Positions 7,577 to 14,563 of a stretch of 37,445 nucleotides of DNA are shown here, piece by piece. The notes under the pieces were generated by a model. The model searched no databases and was not told the origin of the DNA. It saw only the letters and a program-made list of their open reading frames with translations. This DNA is from a virus, in IMG/VR virus record IMGVR_UViG_3300012345_000014, positions 1 through 37,445 of that record, one strand, 5' to 3'. Made by a program: the position numbers and the translations under genes. Each line of letters begins with the position of its first letter. The first letter of the stretch is position 1.

Positions 7577-8038
7577 TTATTGAGACTCTGTTACCTCGGT
7601 AAACTCACCATCGATGACCATTCCTTCGGATCTGAGTAGCTCATTGACTGAACTTTGGTCGATTCTGAGACGATGTTCTACCACTGTTTGTGGTTGATCG
7701 TGAAGAGCTTGGATTTTGTCAATCGCCACGGCTATAGCGATGGGTAAACTAGCCAAAGGCATATCATCAATCTCTTTAACCAGTCTCTCACTTCCCTTAC
7801 TCACAAAGTGAGATAGCGTTGCTGCTGTGGACTTCTTCCAGCTAACAAGGTTGAATCCCTCAGCTTCATCCTCCAGCTTATTCTTGAGAGCAGTCACTGC
7901 ATGAGTGCTAGTCTCATGCTTCTTCGCACAAGCTACGACTCCTAGACCTTCCTGTAAGTCAGCAATAATAGCTTCTCTCTTCTCCTCTGGTATCTGATTT
8001 CCTGAATGTCTGTTGTTACTAGTTGGTAATCGTTCCAT
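7577..8038 (-). CDS. HTH-containing protein, function unknown
   Basis: 153 aa. N-terminal EEKREAIIADLQEGLGVVACAKKHETSTHAVTALKNK looks like a helix-turn-helix. Downstream of the helicase. Confidence 0.45.
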   Translation of the reverse strand: MERLPTSNNRHSGNQIPEEKREAIIADLQEGLGVVACAKKHETSTHAVTALKNKLEDEAEGFNLVSWKKSTAATLSHFVSKGSERLVKEIDDMPLASLPIAIAVAIDKIQALHDQPQTVVEHRLRIDQSSVNELLRSEGMVIDGEFTEVTESQ

Positions 8039-8244
8039 TAAGCCTGTTTCCCTTCGATTGTAGAGGTTTCTAGAGTGTCTCCGCTATCATCTATCAGATC
8101 ACCTTCTAGAAACGTGTAGGATCGCTTGTAATGCTCAAAGTAGTCCTCAAGTGCAGTAAACTTGATATCCTCCTGAAGTTTGGTGAGAACTGGCATTTTA
8201 GCGAGTGCTCTGGCTAGTTGATGGGTGAGTGAGTCTGTTGTCAT
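8038..8244 (-). CDS. Hypothetical small acidic protein
   Basis: 68-aa ORF with a 1-nt overlap with the next gene. Confidence 0.4.
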   Translation of the reverse strand: MTTDSLTHQLARALAKMPVLTKLQEDIKFTALEDYFEHYKRSYTFLEGDLIDDSGDTLETSTIEGKQA

Positions 8245-8250
8245 GGTTGG

Positions 8251-9504
8251 TTATTCAGCTTGTTCCCTAAACTTGTAGAACTGTCCCAAGAAGTCTAGTT
8301 GCTTTTCCCAGAACCTTTCACCTGTCCTGTTCTTGATGCACTTGAGTAAACGTTTCGTGTCATCATCATCAACCTTTTCGATGTAAACGACATGATCGGC
8401 ATCTTGTCCAATGGCTCTGGACTCTCTCAACTGTCCGAAGTCGTTCAACTGGCTAGCAGTTAAGATAACCTTACCACACTTCACAGCAGTTCTCTTCAAT
8501 CGTCTGGAGATGCTGGCAATGATCTCTTCCCTAGATCCCTTCTTATTCCCATCATCCTCCATGAGTTGCAAGTAATCCACCATTGCAACGTCACAGTCAG
8601 ACTGCTCAATGTCTGCAAGGATCTCACTGGCTGAGGCTCCGTTAACATCAACAATATCGCATTTTGCGATACCTAGTTTCTTAACTGCGTCCATCAGTGC
8701 AGCTTGCTCTGCTCTGGTCATCATACCTTTCCAGACTGATTGGTTGTCGAGGTTACCCTGTGAGCATAACAAACGATATGCCTGTTCCTGTTGAGTCATC
8801 TCTAGTGGATAGATCCTGACTTTCTTCCCAAGAGCAACAGCAGATTCGAGGAAGTTCTGCATTAGGACAGACTTACCATCACCAGGCTTTCCAGCTATCA
8901 CCCAGACTCGTCCACCTTGCATTCCACCTGTCTTGGAGTCGATGAACGGAAACCCAGTCGAGATGCCAACTAAAGCTCCACCTAACTGCATACGCTTCTC
9001 AATGTCCTCAAGAAGGGTGATCGTCAGTTCTCCAATCGGTTTGGAGGATAGAGGCTTCCCTTGAATCTTGCTAGCAGTCTCAATCATCTTCTCAGCTTCA
9101 TTGAGTGCTGCTGGTATCTCGTTGATAGGCATGTTCAGTGCCTGTTCTGAGAGGTTGAGAGCATCCTTGTAAGCTTGGACACGTTTAACCAGTTCGTAAC
9201 GCTGTCTGAGTTCAGAGACTGCCTGTGATACGTTTTGTCCAGTGACTGGGCTTGTGAAGTATTCTGTCAGTGTAGCTGCTCCACCGACTTCGTCGAGTTT
9301 ACCCTGGTAACGTAGTCGAGCAGTCATCGTCACAAGGTCTGGAGTCTCATCTCTGCCTATTGTGTTGACCAGTTCAACGAAGATCGGTCTGATCATCGGA
9401 GAGAACATGTCTGCGGTAATCGCATGGATGTGCTTACCAAGGAACTGAGGGTATTGAAGGAAGATGCTGATAAGCAACTCTTCGTTAGCTTTCTTGAGGA
9501 TCAT
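8251..9504 (-). CDS. DnaB-like replicative helicase
   Basis: 417 aa. DnaB-type N-terminal domain followed by a RecA-like core with Walker A VIAGKPGDGKS and Walker B-like DVAMVDYLQL. 4-nt overlap with the initiator gene. Confidence 0.8.
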   Translation of the reverse strand: MILKKANEELLISIFLQYPQFLGKHIHAITADMFSPMIRPIFVELVNTIGRDETPDLVTMTARLRYQGKLDEVGGAATLTEYFTSPVTGQNVSQAVSELRQRYELVKRVQAYKDALNLSEQALNMPINEIPAALNEAEKMIETASKIQGKPLSSKPIGELTITLLEDIEKRMQLGGALVGISTGFPFIDSKTGGMQGGRVWVIAGKPGDGKSVLMQNFLESAVALGKKVRIYPLEMTQQEQAYRLLCSQGNLDNQSVWKGMMTRAEQAALMDAVKKLGIAKCDIVDVNGASASEILADIEQSDCDVAMVDYLQLMEDDGNKKGSREEIIASISRRLKRTAVKCGKVILTASQLNDFGQLRESRAIGQDADHVVYIEKVDDDDTKRLLKCIKNRTGERFWEKQLDFLGQFYKFREQAE

Positions 9505-10286
9505 AAACGGTCGTATTGGCTAAGTTGTTTAGGCTTGATAAAGCTTTCTGCATTCGACTTTGCTACTGGCTTCTCATCCTCGTAGCGTCTGGAGTTGAGG
9601 TAGGTAGCTGGAAAGGGAATGTATTTCACTCCTTCTTTCGTCCAGTCCTCTAACTTGCACTGCCATTCCAGTGCTGTGAGAACTGTTTCAAGGTCTGGTT
9701 TAATCTTAGCCCAGGCTCTTTCTGCATCTGCTTTGGCAGTCTTCCTTGGGTAGGCAGTCCAGAACTCATTGAAGCCTGCTGGTATAGGTTTCTTTAGTTT
9801 ATTATCTCTGTCTGCTTCTGCATCTGAGTCTGTATTTGTATCTGCTTGTGAATTCTGGCGTGACTCTGACGTTATGGGTGCGTTACTATGCGTTACTATT
9901 TCAGGACAAGTGGATGCATTTCGTTTCTGTTTCTCACGATGACGAGCCTGTCGAATAGCTGACTTCTCAGCACGATCAGCATCTGATGCCATCTCACGAT
10001 ACTTACCATGGTTAAGTAAGTGCCAACCACCTTCAATTGGTTCGATCCTGCGTCCTTCATCGTCCTTAGTGCGACTATCAACGTCAGGAGACAAAAACTT
10101 GGTGATTGCATTCCTACAAGCTTCCACTGGCACTCCAGCAATACGAGCAAGGCCAGGAATAGAACCTTGCACCTCTCCGTTTTTGTCAGCGATTGCCAGC
10201 ATAGTAATCCAGACAATGCGAGTCTGATCGTCCTCCGACCAGATTGTGGATGTAATGATTGAATTGAATAGTTTAGTGTATGCCAT
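9501..10286 (-). CDS. Replication initiator / replisome-organizer-like protein
   Basis: 261 aa. N-terminal winged-helix-like segment (RIVWITMLAIADKNGEVQGSIPGLARIAGVPVEACRNAI) and C-terminal FNEFWTAYPRKTAKADAERAW motif, both common in phage replication proteins. Coupled to the helicase. GTTACT iterons lie in and upstream of the gene. Confidence 0.55.
   Translation of the reverse strand: MAYTKLFNSIITSTIWSEDDQTRIVWITMLAIADKNGEVQGSIPGLARIAGVPVEACRNAITKFLSPDVDSRTKDDEGRRIEPIEGGWHLLNHGKYREMASDADRAEKSAIRQARHREKQKRNASTCPEIVTHSNAPITSESRQNSQADTNTDSDAEADRDNKLKKPIPAGFNEFWTAYPRKTAKADAERAWAKIKPDLETVLTALEWQCKLEDWTKEGVKYIPFPATYLNSRRYEDEKPVAKSNAESFIKPKQLSQYDRL
9880..9899. repeat. Two tandem GCGTTACTAT units inside the initiator gene
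   Basis: gcgttactat gcgttactat at 9880-9899. Same core and same 10-bp phasing as the upstream array. Confidence 0.85.
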
Positions 10287-10290
10287 ATGT

Positions 10291-10316
10291 GTTACTACGC
10301 GTTACTTAGCGTTACT
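10291..10316. repeat. Three GTTACT units at exact 10-bp spacing, upstream of the initiator ATG
   Basis: gttactacgc gttacttagc gttact at 10291, 10301 and 10311. The minus-strand reading is AGTAACGC. They fill the 43-bp gap between the methyltransferase stop and the initiator start. Confidence 0.85.
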
Positions 10317-10329
10317 GTCACAGTATCTG

Positions 10330-11226
10330 TTAGTGAGTGAGCGTCAAGAGATAGGCTTTAACGAACTCCGACGCGACCTGGGGAACGATTGCATTGCCAT
10401 AACCGCGCAGTCGCACCACTCTGGCGGAAATCCCATGAGCCAACGGGAAAAATGCGGGTTCAGTTGGGATCCTGCGGCTTTTTCCGTCTCTACAGTTGGC
10501 GAGTCTGTAATCATCCCAGCTACCTGCTGACTGAGTGGAATGCCTGTGTCCTGAGGTCGTGGAGGCAACACTCCTCTGCTCGCATCCGTCGCTGTTGGAC
10601 TGCACCAACCTGTGATCCCTTGTGCCACTCGTCCAAGTGTGTCGTTCCTTTCCTTCCCATCTTTCCTCCATCGGCTGCTCTCCAGATTGCCAGTGTCTCT
10701 GTAGTCCCTGGCTGCCGAAGTCGGCCAACCAGTAAAGTCTCTGTCTAATGTGCGGTGCGCTGACGCTGTGTGCGCCCAATACAACCGACCCAATGGCGTA
10801 GTTTTCTGATTCCAAGTCTGTCGATACTCCATCAAGCCATCCCTTCCCAATTGCTGACGCAACTTGCTCGCCAAAGACATGTTGAGGTCGGCACTCCTTG
10901 ATGAGATTGAAGAAGACAGGCCAGAGGTGGCGTTCGTCTTTGTCTCCGAGTCCTTTTCCTGCAGAACTAAACGGCTGGCATGGACACGAACCGTGCCACA
11001 CTGGTCGATCTTCTGGCCATCCTGCGAGTTGCAATGCCAAGTCCCATCCTCCAATCCCTGCGAAAAACCCAACTCTGGTAAATCCTCGAAGGTCGTCTGG
11101 TGATACATCATAAATACTTCTGTTGTCTATCTTACCTGCCATGATTAATCCCTTATCCATTAAAGCTTGCAGCCAGGCACAGCATTTAGGATCAATCTCA
11201 TTGTAGTATGCTTTGTGCTTTTGCAT
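10330..11226 (-). CDS. DNA (cytosine-5) methyltransferase, frame A
   Basis: 298 aa. Motif I FFAGIGG, motif IV SCPCQPFS, FGEQV (motif VI-like), PHIRQRLYW (motif VIII), and C-terminal RLRGYGNAIVPQVA (motif X). The 80 aa between motifs VIII and IX are low-complexity. Confidence 0.85.
   Translation of the reverse strand: MQKHKAYYNEIDPKCCAWLQALMDKGLIMAGKIDNRSIYDVSPDDLRGFTRVGFFAGIGGWDLALQLAGWPEDRPVWHGSCPCQPFSSAGKGLGDKDERHLWPVFFNLIKECRPQHVFGEQVASAIGKGWLDGVSTDLESENYAIGSVVLGAHSVSAPHIRQRLYWLADFGSQGLQRHWQSGEQPMEERWEGKERHTWTSGTRDHRLVQSNSDGCEQRSVASTTSGHRHSTQSAGSWDDYRLANCRDGKSRRIPTEPAFFPLAHGISARVVRLRGYGNAIVPQVASEFVKAYLLTLTH
10344..10832 (-). CDS. Alternative (+1) frame inside the methyltransferase gene, encoding WPT-repeat and LNP..WLMGFP motifs
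   Basis: Frame B is open from 10344 to 11111. The coordinates given start at the internal in-frame ATG (10830-10832). It encodes TGWPTSAARDYRD, TGWCSPTATDASRG, RPQDTGIPLSQQ and QLNPHFSRWLMGFPPEW, which I recognise from the C-terminal halves of phage DNA methyltransferases. Whether and how it is expressed is unknown. Confidence 0.35.
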   Translation of the reverse strand: MEYRQTWNQKTTPLGRLYWAHTASAHRTLDRDFTGWPTSAARDYRDTGNLESSRWRKDGKERNDTLGRVAQGITGWCSPTATDASRGVLPPRPQDTGIPLSQQVAGMITDSPTVETEKAAGSQLNPHFSRWLMGFPPEWCDCAVMAMQSFPRSRRSSLKPIS

Positions 11227-11692
11227 TTCGTTTGTTTTCTTGTGACTTTAATCCTCCTAATCGAGCAATATCTTTGTGATCCATTTTTGGTGGTAATTCA
11301 ATTGCTGGAGAAGCTTTGTTTAATTGATGCCATGCATAATGGCATGAATGACAAAGCCAACGAACATTAAGAGGCTTATTGTAATCATCGTGATGACCAG
11401 ACACATGAGAGGATGATCCGCATTCAGAGCATATTTTTGGATTAACTAAAATACCTCGTTTGATTGCGTTTCGATAAATGCTGCGTGCTCGATCATCTTG
11501 TGTCACACCACCTCGGAAAAAGACGTTTTCAGAATTGAAGCGAATGTTCGGCCTCATCTTCACATCTCTAACCTTGAGCCATTTGTGCATTGATTGTCTT
11601 GTCACTCCGTAGAACAAAGCTACATCCTGAATGGATAAACCTGATTCATACATTGAAACAGCCTCTGAATAATCTTTTCTGTGATTTGCCAT
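11198..11692 (-). CDS. HNH endonuclease with N-terminal HTH
   Basis: 164 aa. HTH-like SIQDVALFYGVTRQSMHKWLK, then an HNH core CSECGSSSHVSGHHDDYNKPLNVRWLCHSCHYAWH. 29-nt overlap with the methyltransferase start. Confidence 0.75.
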   Translation of the reverse strand: MANHRKDYSEAVSMYESGLSIQDVALFYGVTRQSMHKWLKVRDVKMRPNIRFNSENVFFRGGVTQDDRARSIYRNAIKRGILVNPKICSECGSSSHVSGHHDDYNKPLNVRWLCHSCHYAWHQLNKASPAIELPPKMDHKDIARLGGLKSQENKRNAKAQSILQ

Positions 11693-11697
11693 AATGT

Positions 11698-11728
11698 ATT
11701 ATATAGAATGTATGACATACTGTGTCAA
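11698..11728 (-). promoter_or_regulatory. Sigma70-like promoter immediately upstream of the HNH gene
   Basis: Minus-strand reading: TTGACA (11728-11723), 17-nt spacer, TATATA(AT) (11705-11698), then 7 nt to the ATG at 11692. Confidence 0.4.
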
Positions 11729-11749
11729 CTATTTATTAGTTTACACTTC

Positions 11750-12385
11750 TCATGCTTCTGATGTGTCGTAATGCCATGCGCTTGAGTCCTCGGTCGTCCA
11801 CTTCTTGAACGCCTCGCAGTTCCACTCATCGACGTTTACTCGGTATTCTGGATGCACTGGAAACGGCTTGGTTACATGACTTGGCTCATGCCATTTCAGT
11901 CGATTGTTAGGCTGGATCGCAAACTCTCCGCAGTCCAACGCGATGAAGTGGCCTGACTTGTGCTCCTCTGGGTGGATAGCTAGCGTGATATCCGCACCGT
12001 TGGTGTAGTCTGGACCCCATTGCATTGTCCAAAGGTAAACGCCCTCGACCCAGCTGCCATCTTTGAGATGCACAGAGACACGCAGGCCAGAAAGGAAATT
12101 GATCTCGACGATGGAAAAGTTCGCAGAGAAGCTATTCCAAAGCTGGAGATGGTGAAAAGCGTGAACATGCTCGTGCTCGTAATCATGGAGCGCATGGATC
12201 GGCAGCTTGTCTCTCAATGCGCCGTTTTCTAAGAGCACTTGAAAGAGCGCACACGAGCCTGGTATCGACCTTACCGAGACGGCAACTCCCTTTTCGTATT
12301 GGCCTTTGTGAGCCTCATCGTTAGTCATGAACTCGCGACGAACGAGCACCTTCAAAGGCGGGATGGATGATTCGTGTAGTGGCAT
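11750..12385 (-). CDS. Hypothetical His-rich protein
   Basis: 211-aa ORF with a His cluster (HALHDYEHEHVHAFHH). No family recognised. Confidence 0.5.
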   Translation of the reverse strand: MPLHESSIPPLKVLVRREFMTNDEAHKGQYEKGVAVSVRSIPGSCALFQVLLENGALRDKLPIHALHDYEHEHVHAFHHLQLWNSFSANFSIVEINFLSGLRVSVHLKDGSWVEGVYLWTMQWGPDYTNGADITLAIHPEEHKSGHFIALDCGEFAIQPNNRLKWHEPSHVTKPFPVHPEYRVNVDEWNCEAFKKWTTEDSSAWHYDTSEA

Positions 12386-12386
12386 C

Positions 12387-12575
12387 TTATTTCCTGATAG
12401 TTGCTTTCATTTTCTCAATCATGATGAGCGCGAGGCTGATGTCTGATTGCATTGATTTTATCTCGGTATTTGCTGCGTTGAGTTGGCTTTCTAAGTGCCT
12501 TGCTAAAATCCTCCAGTTGGAATCAGTTTTCACGCAGTGCAGGATAAATTCATCAGTTATTGGTGTGTCGCTCAT
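12387..12575 (-). CDS. Hypothetical small protein
   Basis: 62-aa ORF. Its stop lies 1 nt from the next start. Confidence 0.4.
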   Translation of the reverse strand: MSDTPITDEFILHCVKTDSNWRILARHLESQLNAANTEIKSMQSDISLALIMIEKMKATIRK

Positions 12576-12589
12576 TTGAGGTGGTTGTA

Positions 12590-12811
12590 TTAGTTGATTG
12601 GATAATCCCGCAGAAACTTAGTGGCTTCATCAACCTCATTGACCTCGTTGTCTCGGATCTCGCGGATAAGTTCTTTCGCTCCGTTGAGTTCGCGTTCCAG
12701 CTTATCGACCAGCGCACCAAAGTCGGCACGCTCTTGTGCGAGCAGGTCATACTCACGCTTCTCGACCAGCTCAATCAACTGATCACCGTCCATGTGTGGG
12801 AATGTTCTCAT
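12590..12811 (-). CDS. Hypothetical coiled-coil protein
   Basis: 73-aa ORF with a 4-nt overlap with the upstream gene. Preferred over the alternative-frame ORF 12553-12774. Confidence 0.45.
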   Translation of the reverse strand: MRTFPHMDGDQLIELVEKREYDLLAQERADFGALVDKLERELNGAKELIREIRDNEVNEVDEATKFLRDYPIN

Positions 12812-13023
12812 GCTGGCTTATACTTGCTCCTCTTAGTGTTGATCAACGGAAAGCCCAGTTCCTCAGCCCACTGGCGAAGGTGTAGGATGTTATAGCCTGC
12901 TCGCTTCTGAGCCTGATCTATCGTGTATCCTGCGCTGAGAATTGCATTGGTGCGCTTGAGTGCGCGTAGCTTGTCCTCCTTGGACAGGCTGGAGTGTAGT
13001 GCGTATTTTTTTGGTGTGTTCAT
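12808..13023 (-). CDS. Hypothetical small protein (possible HTH)
   Basis: 71-aa ORF with 4-nt overlaps on both sides. Confidence 0.45.
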   Translation of the reverse strand: MNTPKKYALHSSLSKEDKLRALKRTNAILSAGYTIDQAQKRAGYNILHLRQWAEELGFPLINTKRSKYKPA

Positions 13024-13277
13024 GGCTTTACCTCCCGCGCTTTAAGCATGGCGTCTGCAAATTCATAAACTCTTCCTGCTACATAATCAGGTTCAAAAAA
13101 CTCATTTGGTATCTCATCGTTCCATGAAGCAAGATAACCGTTTAAAGTCTGCCCTGCGAACCAGTCGCGGAGGGTCATGCCTGGAAATTTGAGGAAGTCT
13201 ATGACTTCTCCGTTGCATCGAATTTGCTCTTCGCAAGGAAACGCTGGGCCTCCGTCGTTGATTTGTGGTGTGTTCAT
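13020..13277 (-). CDS. Conserved phage protein with GGPAFP motif
   Basis: The track ORF starts at GTG 13304. I prefer ATG 13275-13277 (MNTPQINDGGPAFPCEE...GMTLRDWFAGQ). The GGPAFP...LRD.FA pattern recurs in many phage hypothetical proteins. Confidence 0.5.
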   Translation of the reverse strand: MNTPQINDGGPAFPCEEQIRCNGEVIDFLKFPGMTLRDWFAGQTLNGYLASWNDEIPNEFFEPDYVAGRVYEFADAMLKAREVKP

Positions 13278-13400
13278 TGTGTTTAGTGCGTTGATCAGCC
13301 GCACCCCTGAGTTTGATTAACGGCGAATTGGTTCCCACTCTGGCATATCTGTTATTTGGTAATGATAATAGTCTTTCATGGTATTTGGGTTATTTGGGAC

Positions 13401-13640
13401 TTATGCTAACACATCCCAGATGTTTATTTTTTCCACCTTCACATGGTGGTGTGGCTGTTTGTAATAATCAACCACTGTGTCACCTAAGTCTCTGCATAGG
13501 CTCCACGTAACTCCAGAATTGAGTGACAATTCTTTTTTATTCACTTCCCGAAGTGCTGAGAAGTGTTCTCCATTGTCTACGCCAACGATGGCAGTGATTG
13601 TTGTGATTGTTCCAAAAGTTACAGCGGTGAAGATTGTCAT
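13401..13640 (-). CDS. Hypothetical protein with hydrophobic N-terminus
   Basis: 79-aa ORF. N-terminal MTIFTAVTFGTITTITAIVGV looks like a signal peptide or transmembrane segment. Confidence 0.4.
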   Translation of the reverse strand: MTIFTAVTFGTITTITAIVGVDNGEHFSALREVNKKELSLNSGVTWSLCRDLGDTVVDYYKQPHHHVKVEKINIWDVLA

Positions 13641-13694
13641 GATGTTCGTTTGTGTTTGGTTTCGACTACCCAGATAGATAACACCTATCCAAAG

Positions 13695-13722
13695 TAGTGC
13701 AACTAAATCTTTTAAAAGATTT
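13695..13722. promoter_or_regulatory. TAGTGCAAC box plus an 18-bp perfect palindrome AAATCTTTTAAAAGATTT
   Basis: The palindrome at 13705-13722 overlaps the stop codon of the HTH gene. TAGTGCAAC is at 13695-13703. Both elements recur at 17471-17490. Confidence 0.6.
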
Positions 13723-13972
13723 TAAACCTCTTTTGAGCCTGCTTCCAAAGTGTTGAGTATGAATCAACTGGCATCAGGCAGGTGCCATAGAGATAGTTGA
13801 TCACTGAGCTATAAGGGATGCCTGCTAGCTCAGCAAGCTTCGGCAAAGTCATGCCATTCCGCTTTGAAGTCTCCTTGATTTCCTGGCCTAACTGTAAGCT
13901 TGCTATTCGTGATTTGATGTCATGTCGTTTAGCTAACTGTGTCTTGAGTTTCTGTCGTTCTTGTGTTGTCAT
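13712..13972 (-). CDS. HTH DNA-binding protein
   Basis: 86 aa. MTLPKLAELAGIPYSSVINYLYG is a typical HTH. Its stop codon lies inside an 18-bp perfect palindrome. Confidence 0.5.
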   Translation of the reverse strand: MTTQERQKLKTQLAKRHDIKSRIASLQLGQEIKETSKRNGMTLPKLAELAGIPYSSVINYLYGTCLMPVDSYSTLWKQAQKRFKIF

Positions 13973-14318
13973 TTTGTTTATGGATTAATGGTTGGTTAGT
14001 CTCTCGGAGAAGCTGGAAGAAGACCTGTGCTGGCATCATAACCAGCCAGTCCTTTCCGTTCCGTTTGTGTGCTACGATAGGCAGTTTGTTTTCTCCTGCG
14101 TCTCTAGTTGCTTGGTCTATCCAATTGTATGGATTGCCACCTTCTGTGCGCTTAACTTCAAAGTGTATGTTAGGCAGATCACCACAGATTACATCTGGAG
14201 AGTCTGTGCCTCCTGAGAACTGCTGACCTCGTCGAGCTTCGTAGCCTTCGGCTCTAAGCATGTCTCGCCATTCCCTTTCACCTCGGCAACCTTTGGCTCT
14301 GCTGTTGATTTTAGGCAT
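13929..14318 (-). CDS. PD-(D/E)XK resolvase-like nuclease
   Basis: 129 aa. N-terminal SRAKGCRGEREWRDML..G plus PDVICGD...HFEVKRTE fits the Hjc/archaeal-type Holliday-junction-resolvase-like pattern seen in phages. Confidence 0.55.
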   Translation of the reverse strand: MPKINSRAKGCRGEREWRDMLRAEGYEARRGQQFSGGTDSPDVICGDLPNIHFEVKRTEGGNPYNWIDQATRDAGENKLPIVAHKRNGKDWLVMMPAQVFFQLLRETNQPLIHKQNDNTRTTETQDTVS

Positions 14319-14395
14319 CTGAAGATTCTATCGTAGTTTTTGTTATACTCAGTCAGATTGACTGGTCTGAATGTGTCACCTTTACCTGCACTCAT
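14189..14395 (-). CDS. Small ORF overlapping the nuclease start out of frame
   Basis: 68-aa ORF. Its first 26 aa (MSAGKGDTFRPVNLTEYNKNYDRIFR) resemble a short motif I recall from small phage proteins. The remaining 43 codons overlap 13929-14318 in another frame. Confidence 0.3.
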   Translation of the reverse strand: MSAGKGDTFRPVNLTEYNKNYDRIFRCLKSTAEPKVAEVKGNGETCLEPKATKLDEVSSSQEAQTLQM

Positions 14396-14537
14396 AGTCT
14401 ATTGGTGGGATTGCTCTTCCAATGCTTTCGATGTCGTAGCCTATGGCATAACATGCAGCACGGAAGGCGTTAGTTGCTTCAAAGATGGAAGCGTCATCAT
14501 CAAGTTCGATCTCGACGTTGGTTCCACAGTTAGTCAT
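14382..14537 (-). CDS. Hypothetical small acidic protein (below the ORF-track cutoff)
   Basis: Own translation: MTNCGTNVEIELDDDASIFEATNAFRAACYAIGYDIESIGRAIPPIDYECR*, 51 aa. Overlaps the next ATG by 14 nt. Confidence 0.35.
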   Translation of the reverse strand: MTNCGTNVEIELDDDASIFEATNAFRAACYAIGYDIESIGRAIPPIDYECR

Positions 14538-14563
14538 TTTGATTATCATAATAGAAAGAAAGT

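Noticed and set aside
9896-10216. 106-aa alternative-frame minus-strand ORF inside the initiator gene
   Set aside because: No recognisable motif. It is fully nested in a gene whose main frame has clear family features.
10389-11113. Three plus-strand ORFs (119, 79 and 71 aa) antisense to the methyltransferase
   Set aside because: No motifs were found. Their openness is most simply explained by the GC-richer composition of this segment. Only the same-strand +1 frame shows family-type motifs.
12553-13338. Alternative-frame ORFs 12553-12774 and 13114-13338
   Set aside because: The competing frames (12590-12811 and 13020-13277) have 4-nt start/stop coupling with their neighbours and more protein-like sequences (a coiled coil and the GGPAFP motif).
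14538-14553. Second 'leaderless' promoter (TAGCCA-N18-TATTAT) upstream of the 51-aa ORF
   Set aside because: On rechecking, the -10 box lies 10 nt from the ATG and the -35 match is only 4 of 6. That is too weak to report as a feature.
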